This document shows, one piece after another, positions 1 through 12,653 of a stretch of 64,000 bases of DNA. This DNA is from Callorhinchus milii (Eukaryota). The stretch lies in the NCBI RefSeq assembly GCF_018977255.1, contig NW_024704742.1:55802001-55866000 (forward strand), read 5' to 3'. The notes below the pieces were generated by a model. The model made no database searches, was not told the DNA's origin, and worked only from the letters and a program-made list of their open reading frames with translations. The position numbers and the translations under genes were made by a program. How positions within the stretch are numbered: the first letter of the stretch is position 1; every line of letters begins with the position of its first letter.

Positions 1-144
1 ATTTATGCTAATGAGCCTTCATTGAGGTCTGATATTATTATTATTTACAATATTCAAATTCTGGTTTGTGAAACTTGTAGCTGGTGAATCACAATTCCCC
101 AGTTGGCTGAATCCAATAACAGCCCAGTGAGCAAGACTGGCAAC

Positions 145-380
145 AGCAACAACAACTTATATAGTGCCCTTCACACAGGGTAGCGTCTCAGAGCACTTAA
201 CAGTGGCTGAGCCTGAGTCCGAGCTGGGGTTGGGGAGGCGGAGGTGGCCGTGAGCACGGTCGAAGAGAAAAGTTTTCAGGCGGGACATGAAAAAGGGGAG
301 AGAGGGGGCAAGGCGTAGGGATTGAGGGAGAGTATTCCAGAGTTTTGGGGCATAGTGGCTGAAAACGCGGCAGAAGGTAA
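145..380 (-). mobile_element. Old L2 LINE 3' end fragment
   Basis: Plus strand reads caacaacaacttatatagtgcccttcac... followed by purine-rich sequence (gtcgaagagaaaagttttcagg, ttccagag) matching the 3' end of the L2 at 26783-28122. Confidence 0.7.
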
Positions 381-736
381 CTGACTATTTCGCTCGCCCA
401 CATTGTCTGGAAAGAGAAAACCCAAATAAAAAGTTACAATGAAAACAACAAATTCACTCTGTGAATATTCTAAATTAGATCCTAGCATGGTAATAAATGC
501 AAGGAATTTTTCCATTTAGGAAACTATTCTGGTCGTATTGATTCAAAGACTGGATGGGTTCACAGCTGTGCAAACAGTCTGTTTAAACATCATTGTTTGG
601 ACATATGGCCATTTTGTGGTGAGGTGATCCCCAGTGTTCAGCTTTTTTCACTATCAAATATGGTACCATTTAACATTAAATGGCAATTATTGAAATTTAG
701 AGCATTATCCTGGATCATTTGCAGCTAAATAGAGAA

Positions 737-1322
737 CTCCTCCTGGGGGGAGGCAAGTGGGGTTTCCTCGGAGCTGAACTGGCTTCAAGGTGACATGTTT
801 GGCAACGGAATGTCAGAATCAAGCCAGCCCTCTGTGGCTGTCTCAGTAGTCCGGTTCCTGAGCCAGGAGGGCCACAGTACTCCAGAGGACTGCTGATGAT
901 GGCACAACCAGCCTGGCTCATCTGCAGGACCTGGAAAGGCAGATCAGTCACTGGGGGCAGGGACTCTTCCCACCAGATCTTGTTTATCCGGCCCATCTAG
1001 CTAGACTAGCAGTGGGAAACCTTTTCAGACAATGATATCAATGGTAAGCTATGCGGTTTTAGCTGGCTAGACTCCAGCAGTACCCAAAAGCACACTGGGT
1101 CCCTAAGCAATGGCACTTGCCAACCTGCGCCTAATACTTAACGAAATTAAATAATCAGGTGCGTCCCTCCAGTGAGAGAGTGCACTTTTCATTCCAAAAA
1201 ATATCTCTGGAAATTCCATGCGTAGGTGGGATGCATGGGACTCTGTTTGGTTTGGATACTCTTAAGCATGGTGGAAGGTTTCCGCATATGTCAGACACAC
1301 AGCTGACGAGAAACAATAAATG
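737..1322 (+). repeat. Unclassified ~600-bp dispersed repeat (family X), longest copy
   Basis: Aligns by eye with 63846-64000, 11655-11978, 39440-39683, 16575-16646 and, as reverse complement, 1560-1822 and 59786-60110. Ends ggatactcttaagcatgg...tgtcagacac...A-rich tract. Confidence 0.8.
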
Positions 1323-1559
1323 GCGAACTAGATGTTCTTGATGGTATTTTTACTGAGCTGGAATAAAAATAGTATATATGTAAGTAAAACCATCAGCACA
1401 ACACAAAGCTTGGTAAGTGCAAAATACTATAGCTGGCATTTTCTTTTGGTAAGCTGGGTGTTTGTTACATGCGGAAACCCATCACCATGCTTAGGAATAT
1501 CTAAACCAGATTGAGAATTCCTCTTAGGCATCTACCTACACATGCTTATTTATGGAAAG

Positions 1560-1822
1560 TATTGTGCACAATTTGGCGAGGAACAAGGCTTGGGGACCCC
1601 AGAGTGCACATTAGGGAACTGCTTCTTCAGTTTGGACCAACCTAGCCTTTAAGGTTTTGATTTGCATGATTATCAGAAGCATCAGGGCATAATGCCCTGG
1701 TACAATGACCAGTCTGCCTCTCCAAGTCCTTCAGATGAGTCAGGTTGTCTGGTTGGATACCAGCAGTGCCCTGGAGTACTGTGGTCCCGCCTGGCTCAGG
1801 TACCAGATGACTGAGACCAAGA
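1560..1822 (-). repeat. Family X, inverted partial copy
   Basis: Reverse complement contains cctgagccaggcgggaccacagtactccagggcactgctg, matching cctgagccaggagggccacagtactccagaggactgctg near 856-895. Confidence 0.75.
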
Positions 1823-2290
1823 GCAATGAGGATGATCCCCAGTGTTAGAGGAATGAGCTATGAGGAACTATTAGACAAGCTAGGGCTCTTCAGTCTTGAG
1901 AGAAGACCGATCATAGGGGATCTTACAGAGGTGTCCAACATTTTAAATGGGATTGAAAACAAGCGCTCCGGGACACTACCCCGCATTGAAGTTGTTGTTG
2001 TTGTTGCAAAGTTAAACCCAGATCACAACTTTAGAATATATCACAAAATAGTAGAAGCAAAGTTTAGAGCTGTAAGGGGCAATTTCAGAACAGATCCCAG
2101 GAAATGTTCTTTATGCAGAGGCAATAAACAATTGAAATTGGTTGCCAGGAGTGGTGGCAGAGGCAAGGAATCATTTAAAAAGTAGCTTAGTGCAGTGATG
2201 GGGTGATGGTGGGGGTGGTGGGAGTGTTCTGGAGGGATGTGATCAGATGGGTCGAAGGACCTCCTTCATCAAGACCAAACTAGTGATCTT
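1822..2290 (+). mobile_element. CR1 LINE 3' fragment (ORF2 C-terminus)
   Basis: Translates to RMIPSVRGMSYEELLDKLGLFSLERR...GDLTEV, the typical CR1 ORF2 C-terminal motif and similar to 58436-58657. Confidence 0.85.
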
Positions 2291-2856
2291 ATCACAAAGA
2301 ACTTACTCAATTCTGACATTCCTTTGCAAGTACATTGGAGCCAGCTCAGTTACAAACAGGCACTGCTTACCTCCCCCTCTCCTCTCGCTGAGGAAGATAA
2401 CTTAGCAGCAGTTTAGAGAAATTTGCCTCAAGTATTTTAGCTCTTTACCACATGCTTACTTTTCATTAATATTCCATTGAGTTTTGTGTTGTTTGGCTGG
2501 GCATTGTCCTTACCACATCAAATCCTGCTATAATACTCCCAGTGACATAGCCAACATTACCCTAAAGACAACTGGCCATTCTCTTCATGGCTGTTTATGG
2601 GAAATTGCTGAGTGCAAATTGGCTGCCACAGTTGCCCACAAATTCATATTTTACAGTATATCCTGTGAAGCACTTCAAGTCCTTCTGATGTGAAAGCACT
2701 ATATCAAATGGAATGATTATAAAACTTAAATGGTTGCTATGTATTTAATAATAATTCACACATTGTTAATAGAGAAAGCTTTCTTTTGTATAAAAGTATC
2801 AAATTTGCAAAATTCCTAAACACATTTTGTTCCTTAATTCTCCTCTGGAATAATAT

Positions 2857-3270
2857 CAGCCTGGCTCAGTAGCACTCTTGCCTCTGAGATAGAGGTTGTG
2901 GCTTCAAGCCCAATCATAGGACTTTCAACTTATAGTCTAGACTGACATTTCAATAGAGTGCTGATTTGTGCTACTGCTTCACTGGAGGTGCTATTGTTTA
3001 GATGAGACGTTAAATCGAGGACCCGTCTGCCTGTTCAGGTGGACCTGAAAGATCCCATGGCACTAAGCAAAAAGAGTAGACAGTTTCTCCTGGTGTTTTG
3101 GCCAACAACTCCCCAGATAACATTGATCATTCACATGGCTGTTTGTAGGAAATTACTGAATGCAAATTGGTTTCTGCCTTCAGCTGCAAAAAGCACAGTC
3201 ACTGAACCATACAGTAGTTTCTGTGAAGTGCTTTAGGATAGGGTTGAAGTATTATTACAATTATTATTAA
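2857..3270 (+). mobile_element. Old tRNA-derived Deu-core SINE (SacSINE1-like)
   Basis: Head tggctcagtagcactcttgcctctgag...ggcttcaagccc; core ctgcctgttcaggtggac...aaagatcccatggcacta and ggctgtttgt...gcaaattgg; TTA-rich tail. Confidence 0.8.
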
Positions 3271-4639
3271 TAATAATTATTGTTACTATATAATTAAGGA
3301 AAGTGTTATCAACTAGAAGCTGTCCTTAATGATAGGTGTGGTAATCTATACCACTGACTTTGGGAGAATGTTTTTTCCCTCAGGCTTTTTACCAGCAATG
3401 TTACTGCCAATTTTTCTTGTTATGTTTAGTCAGAGCCAAGTTTTAGATTCCAGCCAATGGAACAGATTTTTAACTTTATAATGTTACTTTTACTTTACAA
3501 ATATAATTTTGTTGTTGTTGTTGTTTTAAAACCATTTTTAGGTCAATGTCTGGCAAAGGAAACAAAATTCACATTCAAATTTGTCCATGGAGTGTCTGCC
3601 TAGATGGGGGGGCATGAACACCCATCTGAGGGAACTATGCCAGGCTGACACAAGATAAAAACAACTTGCACTTATATAGCACCTTTCAAACAGAGTAATG
3701 GTTTGGAGCACTTGACAAAAATGGGATGGGCTGGGGAATGTGGTAGTGGCCATAGGTGCAATCAATTTAGGATTTGAATGGATGAGAAAGTGTTTCATCA
3801 GTTCATGTAGAATATGCATTTCACCAGTGACTTTACCAAAGATGATTTTATAGTTCAAAACCCAAACCACATGTTCCAAACCAATAATTAAAGACAAGTT
3901 TTAAAAAGAACACTGTTAGCTACAATTTCTGTAATTATTGCCACCCAGTCTGTCAGCATCATTAGTTTATGAATGATTTCTAGCATTGTAATATCTGCTA
4001 CAAGGCTTGTTTGAAAGTGAACCTTATTATTTTAATCACTGCAAATACAATCTCAATTATCCTTCTGGTCACGTGGTTGAAAGAAAAGTAGTGCTCTTAG
4101 AATTTGGTGTGAAATCAGTAAAGGCTGTAAGATAATACTAATGCCTCTTGAATTGCTGCAAATGCAATATTTAGTCAAAAGTAAACTGCTCACATCCTTC
4201 CTTTTTATAGAATTGTCAAGGTTATAAAAACCTTCTGAATGTCATATTAGAGTACAATTTCTACTAAACAGCAGACATGAGTAGCATGTTTTACACTAAT
4301 GGAAAATCATAAAGCAGCAACTAATTGGTTTCTCATGGAATGTTGATCTAATCTCGTAGCAGATTTTTATTAAAGAACTTAATTGCCATGTTTTCACTGA
4401 GCAGCTGTTTCTCAGTTTCTGTAACTGGTCCATTAGTAAAACATCACCATGTTTGCTCTGGAGTACATCTGGGCTTTTTCTGTCCCATTGTCTTAGACTA
4501 TGATGAAGCTTCATTCCCACAATGCGGTATGTGACGCTGTGCTGAAGTAATCACTACATATTCTAGGTATGGGATAGATTTATCACCAGAAAGAATGAGA
4601 CAGATTGAAGAAAAATCTGCATCTTTGAACTTATATAGT

Positions 4640-4961
4640 CTCGGCTGACACTCCAATACATTGCTTGGGTTGGCTGCATTGTTGGAATTGCTGCTCTGAA
4701 GATGAACATTAAAGTAATGGCCTACCTGTTCAGGTGCACAATAAAAACACCACAGCACTATTCAAACAGAGAAGAGATAAGAGAGTCCCAGATAAAATTG
4801 ATTATTGACTTCATGGCTGTTTGTGGGTCATTGCTGTGCGCACATTAGCTGCTAAGTTTTGCCTACAAAATACCTGGTCTTTATATAGTATATTTATGAA
4901 CCACTTTGAGATGGCCTCCCAGAGGGAAAGGTGCTGTATCAAATGTAAGGCTTATTATTAT
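4640..4961 (+). mobile_element. Old Deu-core SINE, 5'-truncated
   Basis: Core ggctgtttgtgggtcattgctgtgcgcacattagctgc and tail atcaaatgtaaggcttattatta. Confidence 0.7.
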
Positions 4962-5741
4962 AAGATTAGTCTAAACTCAAATACCATCCAATGGCTGAAT
5001 ACGCAGTTCTCGTACAACTCAGAGGGTGTTCATGCCTCACATCAGGATTTGGAACTCTAGGCTGACAGACATTGGCCTAAAAATGGTTTTAAAAGTCAAG
5101 TTTAAAAGTGAAATGTCAGACTGTGTCAAAGCTGTAGAGTTTGTTTAACATCATGATTGAGTGTCTTCAAGAGGTAAGAGGCAAAAATGGGGAGATATGA
5201 CTAAAATCTACTCATCTCAGTACTATTTTTATATAATCTTTAAATGAAACACAGGTAATGCTGGAATTGTTCAGTGGGGTGATCAATGGGGTGATCAGTG
5301 TCTGAAAAAGAAAGATTAATATTTCAAATATACTTCATCACATTGCAGATTTGGGAAGATTGCACCCATAATATGAACCACTTTTTTCAGATACGCATCA
5401 AGCTGATAGGCATTTCCAGCATTTTCTGGGTTTTATTTCAGATTCTCAGTATCTGGAAGCATTCTTTTTCTGAACATCAATATTCAAAAAGAGAAACGAG
5501 TTTCTCTTAGCTAACAATCCCACGATTTATTGGTTATTCACCTCACAGCTGTTTGTGGGGTATTGCTGGCACTAACGTCTCCTGCATTTACCTACCAGAA
5601 AAACGGTCTCTGCAGTTGACAGTAAATATTTGTGAAGCTCTTTGAGATGTTTCAATGTGAGAACCTGACACCAGGAGAAACTCTGGTCTTTTTGAATAGT
5701 GTATGGATTTTTTATCAATCACCTGAACATAGGCCTCAAAG

Positions 5742-5841
5742 CCAGAACCTTCTGACTCAAGAGGTGAGAGATCTGAACCAAGCTGATACACCCAGAACCT
5801 TCTGACTCAAGAGGTGAGAGATCTGAACCAAGCTGATACAC
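5742..5841. repeat. Perfect 50-bp tandem duplication within an antisense old-SINE head
   Basis: ccagaaccttctgactcaagaggtgagagatctgaaccaagctgatacac occurs twice in tandem. Confidence 0.95.
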
Positions 5842-6369
5842 CAATCATACCCTCATCCAATATGCTTTCCAGGATCCTTCTGGAATACAATAGGCGACAG
5901 GGTAGCGTTTCGGAGTGCTTAGAATACAAGGTACTTACATAAACACAAGTTGTTATTTTGTATTATTGTCTACCTCCTGTCGATCAATTGTAGCGTATTT
6001 GAAGCACTTGTTTACTGCCTGGATAAGATCAGCCCACTCAGCACAGACAAACTGAATTCTTCCTGCTCTTTCATTTTGGACACTACTTTTATCATCAGAG
6101 AACTTTCATAAGACTATAATTTTAATTGAATCTTACTGTGAATTACAGATAATTAAATATATCAATGTAAAGAATTGTTTGAAAAATATATAAATCCCTT
6201 TTAGCTTCAGTTGACAAAAGGATATAATTAATCGACCTGTTGTTCCCACTTCAAGAAGTTTGTTTCCTGAGTTTTGACCACTTCTGAACAATTTTCTCAG
6301 TTTGCATAGGCACTGACCAATGCTATTTGACTTGTACTCATTTTGGTTAATACAAGACTCTTCAATTCT

Positions 6370-6640
6370 ATGCTCACAAGATCACAAGATTAGTTTTCAT
6401 GAAGAAGACCCTTTGCTCCATCCTTCCAGAATACTCCCATGACAACACCAAGCTTTTTTTTAAAAAGAAAATTGTGTTCAGTGTCCTGTATTCAGCCACC
6501 CTTCCTGGTACCCTGTTCCAGTCATTAATTACCTACTGGGTAAAGAAATACTTATGGGTGTCTGACCTGAAATTGCCCTTTGCAATTCTAAACGTCCTCT
6601 TGGTTTACTGTCTTGGTGCATCCTAAAGTCTTTTTCTGAG
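6370..6640 (-). mobile_element. CR1 LINE 3' fragment
   Basis: Reverse complement resembles 2070-2290 (agggcaatttcag...cagacaccc...agtatttcttta). Confidence 0.6.
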
Positions 6641-8454
6641 TAAGTTAATCTTACAATTGGGTATTTGCTGATATTAAAACTCATTACTTTGGATTATAAG
6701 CGCTTTGAGAATCCTCTCAATGTGAAAGGTGCTAAATAAATGTGAATTGTATTGTATATTACATTTACACAACTTGAGGCTTGGTTTAGTTGGGGCTGAC
6801 TGGCTAGATGGAAAATGGGATAAATGCCCCTGTGAATGGTTCCCGATACTTACCACCCCATGCAAGCCAGTCATAGGGCCGCTTGAGCATCAAGCATATA
6901 ACATCCACATGCTTATGCTTTTTGCCCTCCCCCCACCACAAATCGGCGCCTGCATTTTACCTGATAATACCGAGCCCTCTCATGGAGCCAGTCCACCACT
7001 GGGTTCAAATGAACAGTACAGACACAAGTTAGATTGACACTTCAGCCTATCTCTGATCTTCAAGCAAAAGGCTGCCTGGTGCTTCAGTCTGCCTATGTAC
7101 CTGGGTGAGTAAATTTTACATGTTCAACGTGCATACTGTTTCTTTGATTCAGCTTTGAAGATACAGTGACTCTGTATCAGTAATATAGTTTATGCCACAA
7201 GCTTTTGGGTAACAGACTCTTAAGGTTGGCATGATGGTGTCCCAATCCCTTTTCACACTGCATGCTTTTGATCTTGGCCTGTGGTGACTGGAGGTCAGGT
7301 GGTTCCCTGAAGGATGGAAAAATGGAGCCATGAGTCACCCCAGGCTGTTCTGTCCATGTCCCATTGACAGATTCGAGTTATTGACAGCTGGTCAGAAGCA
7401 GGTCACTTGTTTGCCTCTCACACAAGGAGAGCGGGGTTGGCTGGGAACCCAAAGAGAAGGAGCAAAAATACAACACAGTGTTCATTTGAAACAAAACTGG
7501 GGATGAATGTAAATCAGCACACTGTATATAGTTTATGTTAATGAGAAACAGTTCAGTAAAACTAATGGCCCTATACAACTGCAACACTTGAGCCAAGAAG
7601 ATGTTTAACATTACAATGAGTGGGAGGCTGCAATAATATTATGTGCCCATATTCCTTTTCAGTGGGGAGAATCAAGCTCAGCACGTCCGCCAGTAAGATT
7701 TTTAAATGGTCCAAAAATATGAAAGCTCTTTAGTAATGAATGGTCAGTACAGCAGGACTCTGAGGTTTCATTAAACCTGATCAGTTAATGTACAAGCTCC
7801 ATCTTGCGCACTGACTGACAGTGGGAGACTTTTCTAAATGATGCTTCAATTACTGCCAAACTAGAAATTGATGCCAGTTTGGCAGAGTCCCACTGCACTG
7901 CTTAAGTCAATATATTGGGAATGACAATGTGACACTGACACAAAGGATGTTGTAGGAATCCATGTATTCAATTGCTAGATTCCTATCTCTGAGCAACATT
8001 TTCATTTTGTTTCATTGATGAAATGGAATCTCTGTTTTGACTGTTCTATTAGGATGAGGGAAATGGCAATTTTTGTAGGTTTTAGCTGGATTTTAATTCC
8101 TGTGTCAGTGTTCCAATAAGGATGGGGAAATAGGATGAAAGTTAAAGATGTGCGGTTAAGTAATAAAATGATAGAGCAAGCTTGATGGATTGAGTATCCT
8201 ATCCCTGTTCCTGTAAGCATACCTGTTCAGGTGTATGTTAAAAATCCCATGTCACTAGTCGAAAAGAGAAATAAGTTTTTCCCTGTGCTCACCAAAAATC
8301 TCCCCTTGTTTCATGGCCATTTATGGGACATTGTGTATAATTGAGCTGCTGTGTTTTCCTGCAAATACACAGTCACTCTACTTTACAGTTTATCTTGTGA
8401 AGCACTTTGGAATGTCCTCCCAAAAGGCACAATACTAAATGCAATCAACAATCC

Positions 8455-8892
8455 TTGCCCTCTTTAGACCATCTTTGCCAGGCTGTACTGGCCCTCAATT
8501 ACTGAATGGATCGATTTCAAGATCCTCTCACTTGTTTTCTATTCCCTTCATGCCCTCACACCTCCCTACCTATCCGATTTGCTTAACCTCCATTTCCCCA
8601 CCCGCTTTTCTGCTCAGCTGGCTCCAACCTCCTGTCCCTCGTCCCCTCCACTCCACCATCGGTAGCTATGCCTTCAGCCAGTTTGCCTCGAAACTCTGCA
8701 ACTCTCTTCCTCAATCCCTCTGCCTTGCCCCCTCCTTAATTTCACATCCCTTCTAAAGATCTTCCTTTATGATTCAGTTTAGTCACCTCCCCCTTCCCTC
8801 TCTCCCTGGCTCGGGTCAGACTCCAGCACTGTCAAGTGCTTCGGGATGCTACCCCACGTGAATGGCACTATATAAATGCAAGTTGTTGTTGC
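8455..8892 (+). mobile_element. Old L2 LINE 3' end
   Basis: Decayed ORF2 end (PRPLHSTIGSYAFSQFASKLCNSLPQSL) followed by tail ggcactatataaatgcaagttgttgttg. Confidence 0.8.
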
Positions 8893-9437
8893 AAGGATTA
8901 TTTAACATTATAGTCAAAGTCAACTGGAAATCATTTATCTCTGTTGGATGAGGTCTGGATGAAGAAAGCCCTTTGTTTTTGTTATCCTTCCAGAACACAA
9001 ACCCAATCATTTTCCAATATAGCAGCAATTTGTTTCCTCAATGGGTCCTGGGTCCAAGTCTTTAGAATCTTATCTGGTGATCCATTCCAGCTGTTGATCT
9101 AAATATATCTATGTTGATATATCTATGTAATACTTCCTGATGTCTATTCCAAAATTCCCCTTCACAACACTGAAGCTGCGTTTACTATGTCTAAATCACT
9201 ATGCTAAACTGTTCCTTTGTAAGACTGTATATCAACTAGATATATTTCCAGAAAAAAAAGGAATTGAGTAATTTGATGAGAAAGTAGGATTCAGAATGAA
9301 GGAAGGGCACAATTTGGGATTTTCCCTTTTCCAAAAAAGTTATAGGTTCTTAACAGAGTTCTGTGTTTTTGGCTGAAGATGGGGATACGTCACAGGAGCA
9401 GAGCAGAGAGAATTTTTTTTTAACAAAAATAAATATT

Positions 9438-9845
9438 TAGCTCACTTGGTAGCACTCTCACCTCTGAGTCAAAATGTGGGTTCAACATTGGGATTTTGAA
9501 CTCCTATAGTCTAGTCTGATATTCAATGCAGTTTTTGGGGAGTGCACTGCATTGTTAAAGGTGCCATCCTTTCGATGAAACTTTAAACCGAGATCCTATC
9601 TGTACCATGTGGGCATTAAAGATCCAGAAAGAGAAGGGAGTTCCCCTAACGTCCTGGTCAACATTCCTCCAAATACAATTGGTTATTTGTTTCAGGGTTG
9701 TTGTAGGACACTGCTGTGTGCAAATTGGCTGCTGTGATCACCTTACAAAATAGACAGTCACTACACTTTACAGTAAATCTTGTGAAGTGTTTTGAGACTT
9801 TTGTCATTAAATTGCCTAATCAAATGCCAGGATTATTATTATTAA
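9438..9845 (+). mobile_element. Old tRNA-derived Deu-core SINE, near full length
   Basis: A-box-like tagctcacttggtagcac, B-box-like gggttcaac, core gctgtgtgcaaattggctgctg, tail ggattattattatt. Confidence 0.85.
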
Positions 9846-11654
9846 TAATAAATGATAAAGAAAATAGAAAGTAAAGTATTTTTAAAATCTCAAACAGATG
9901 CCATACTTTCCAATCTAACACTGAGTATTTCTTCCGGCAAACTCAATTCCTAGCAATGCGATCCTACAAAAACAATTGAATTAAAGGCAGAATTATTGCA
10001 TGTAAATCCAAGCACTGGTTTCAGAAAGCATGGATTGTGCTTTAGAAAGAGCAGACTAAAATTCTTTTTCAAAACTGAAACCTGACCTTTTACTTTAAAC
10101 TGAATAATAAGCAGTCATTGTCTCTCACAGTGAGCTAGTCTGTTTGAATATGAATCATTGTAATATGACAGTTCTCAGGACCTAGCTCCATGGAGCTGCC
10201 TCCAGAAATTCTGGCAACTTTGGAAAACATTGAACTGAGTCCAATGTCAGGCCCACGACCCGAGAGAAACGGCAATGTCGACATTCCTTGTCCGTGTTCA
10301 CTCTCAACCTTTCACACCACAGTGGCAAATGCAGAGATAAAAACGTCTGTGAGTTCACAAATGCATCTTAGTTTCCTCAAAGCAGTTTCACTGACATTCC
10401 AACAGGCCAACGTTTCAAATTTCTGCACTTGGGATAATAATGATTAACAAAGCTGGGATTGTCTCCATTGTTTCTCAGATGTTTGCTTTTAAAAATCAAA
10501 CGCAGGGCAGCTTGTGATAATATTTGCAATAGATCTGATTTGGGGGATGAGACATGGGGGATACTGTATTCTGAGGGTTTCAATTTTAAAACTAAAGCAT
10601 TAATATTTTCTGGTGTTATCTTTCGCACTAATAAGGCACAATATTTATCAGGAACTGCTGCCTGGGAGTTCCCATAGCTGTTCATTGATTTTCAGCTGAC
10701 TGTGGAATGTTGAGTTCCACCCAAACTTCATGGTACAGTCAGACGTGGATTTGTTTGTTTGTTCCTGACTGACAACCTCTGCCTCTATGGTCAGGAAGAT
10801 ACAAAGCCACTGTTGGATGCTCAGTCAGTGTATGCTAATAGGTCCTGGGGCCACTTTGACTGGAAAAGTTTGAGTCAGACAAAATTAATCTCCGGTTTCT
10901 TGGACGCTGTCTCTCCCAATATGCCAAAATGTTAAATGTTCTTCTGTCAACCTCGGTTTACAGTATATAATGATCCCATTGTAATTGTCAAGCTTCGTTT
11001 CAGAAGGAAAACTCCATTTAATTCTCTTTTCTTGGCCAACAGTCAATACACAATTGTGCAGCTTATAACTAAGATGTTAAAGAAACTGTATCGCACAATT
11101 CAGATTTTATTGATTTGCTATCTGTTACCTGTCTGAACAATCAGTTTTTCATAGAACTGTATTTTAACCTCTTTGTTAAACTGTTCACTCATCAACATTG
11201 TGTCGATCAACATTTCGAAACCAACAATTCAAGCAAATTCGAGCTACTGAGAGGGTTAAAGGAGAATCCATCTTTATTTTTAAGAATGTGGATTTATTAA
11301 TTGCTTTAAAAGGGAGTTAGTATAATTAAGGAAAATTTCAGTAGGATTATAGGGAGTATGTTTATCCATCCATTTATTTAATGAACTAAGAAGATTGAAT
11401 CAGACATTGTACACTGAGGTCTTCGTATTCTCTCAAGTAAAAACACGATTTCTGCTATCATGAAGCTGTGTGCTCTCAGACTAGAGTAGGGAGGAGTTGT
11501 GGATTGCACCAAGTCATTACTATCACTCTCAGGGGTGAAACACTTCCTCTTCCCACAGCCAGTGAAAACCATTGACCACTTTATAAACACTCTTATAGTC
11601 AACTAGCTAATTGTCCAAAATGTTAATGCCATCATGATTATCTTCTGTTGGGGA

Positions 11655-11978
11655 TGAGAGGGTGTAAATGGGGTCCCCATAGAACTGAGCTGCCTCCAGG
11701 GTGACTTACTTGATAATGGAATGTTGACCATCAGTGGCAGTCTCAGTAAACTCCAGAGGTACTCCAACGCACACTCTGGGGTCCACAAGTCTTGTGTCTA
11801 ATACGCTCAAGAATTACGTAAGTAGGGTGGGTCCCTCCAGAGAGAGACAATACATTCTGTTCCAGACACCAGGATATTTCTATGCATAGGCTAAAAAAAC
11901 CTCTTGATCTGATCTGGATACTCTTAAACATGGTGATAGGTTTCTGCATGTGTCAGACACCAGGTGACCAAAACAAAA
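11655..11978 (+). repeat. Family X, internally deleted copy
   Basis: Has the head (ggggtcccc...gaactgagctgcctccagggtgac) and the end (ggatactcttaaacatgg...tgtcagacaccaggtgaccaaaacaaaa) but lacks the middle seen at about 850-1070. Confidence 0.75.
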
Positions 11979-12653
11979 TTGTGTAATGTGTTAGTTTGGT
12001 GAACTATTTCTTAAAAGATAAATTAAAAAATTAATACACTTATGGATGTGTGAAATTAACGTTTAGTTGTTGTACACATGCATACATAAGCATAAAATTA
12101 AAATTCTGTAGCACTCAAGTGAAAGGAATGTCTCTTGACATTTATATACGGCAGATTAAACTGTCCAATAAAGCAGAGCTAAGCACATGAAGAAATCTTT
12201 TTTAAATTATGGTAAAACTTGTAAAACATTTACTATTTACTTAATCACTGAGGATTTATTTACTTTATAATGCATATATTTCAGTCCAACATGCCAACCA
12301 AAGTTGTATGTCAGCCTGGAGCAATGATTAACAATCTCATTTTTGAGTCGGACGATTGTGGGTTCAAGGCCCATGTAAAGACTTTGTATACTGTAGGCTG
12401 ACACACCAATGCAGTGCTGGGGTTGTTCTGCATTGATAGAGGTGCCTCCCTTTGTGTGACACCTTAAAACTGAAGTCCCATCTGCATGTTCAATTGGAAA
12501 TTAAACATCCCATCGCACTATTTGCAAAGAAAAAGGAATTTCTCCTGGTGTCCTGGTCTATAATCCACAGATAAAATTGTCCATTCGTTTCATCGCTATT
12601 TGTGAGAAGTTGCTCTGTTCAATTGGCTGCACGTTTGCCTACAAAATACACAT

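Noticed and set aside
737..790. HDV-like ribozyme at the family X head (ctcctcc...ggcaa...gctgaa)
   Set aside because: I could not build the P1, P2 and P3 pairings, and the region is better explained by a simple hairpin. An RNArobo search on the consensus would settle it.
1159..1170. 7SK RNA similarity (gtgcgtccctcc)
   Set aside because: An isolated 12-mer, not kept in other family X copies, with no extended colinear match.
1290..1335. Hammerhead ribozyme core (CTGACGA...CGAA) at the end of family X
   Set aside because: GAAA is incomplete, stem II does not pair well, and the other copies have a plain A-rich tail here.
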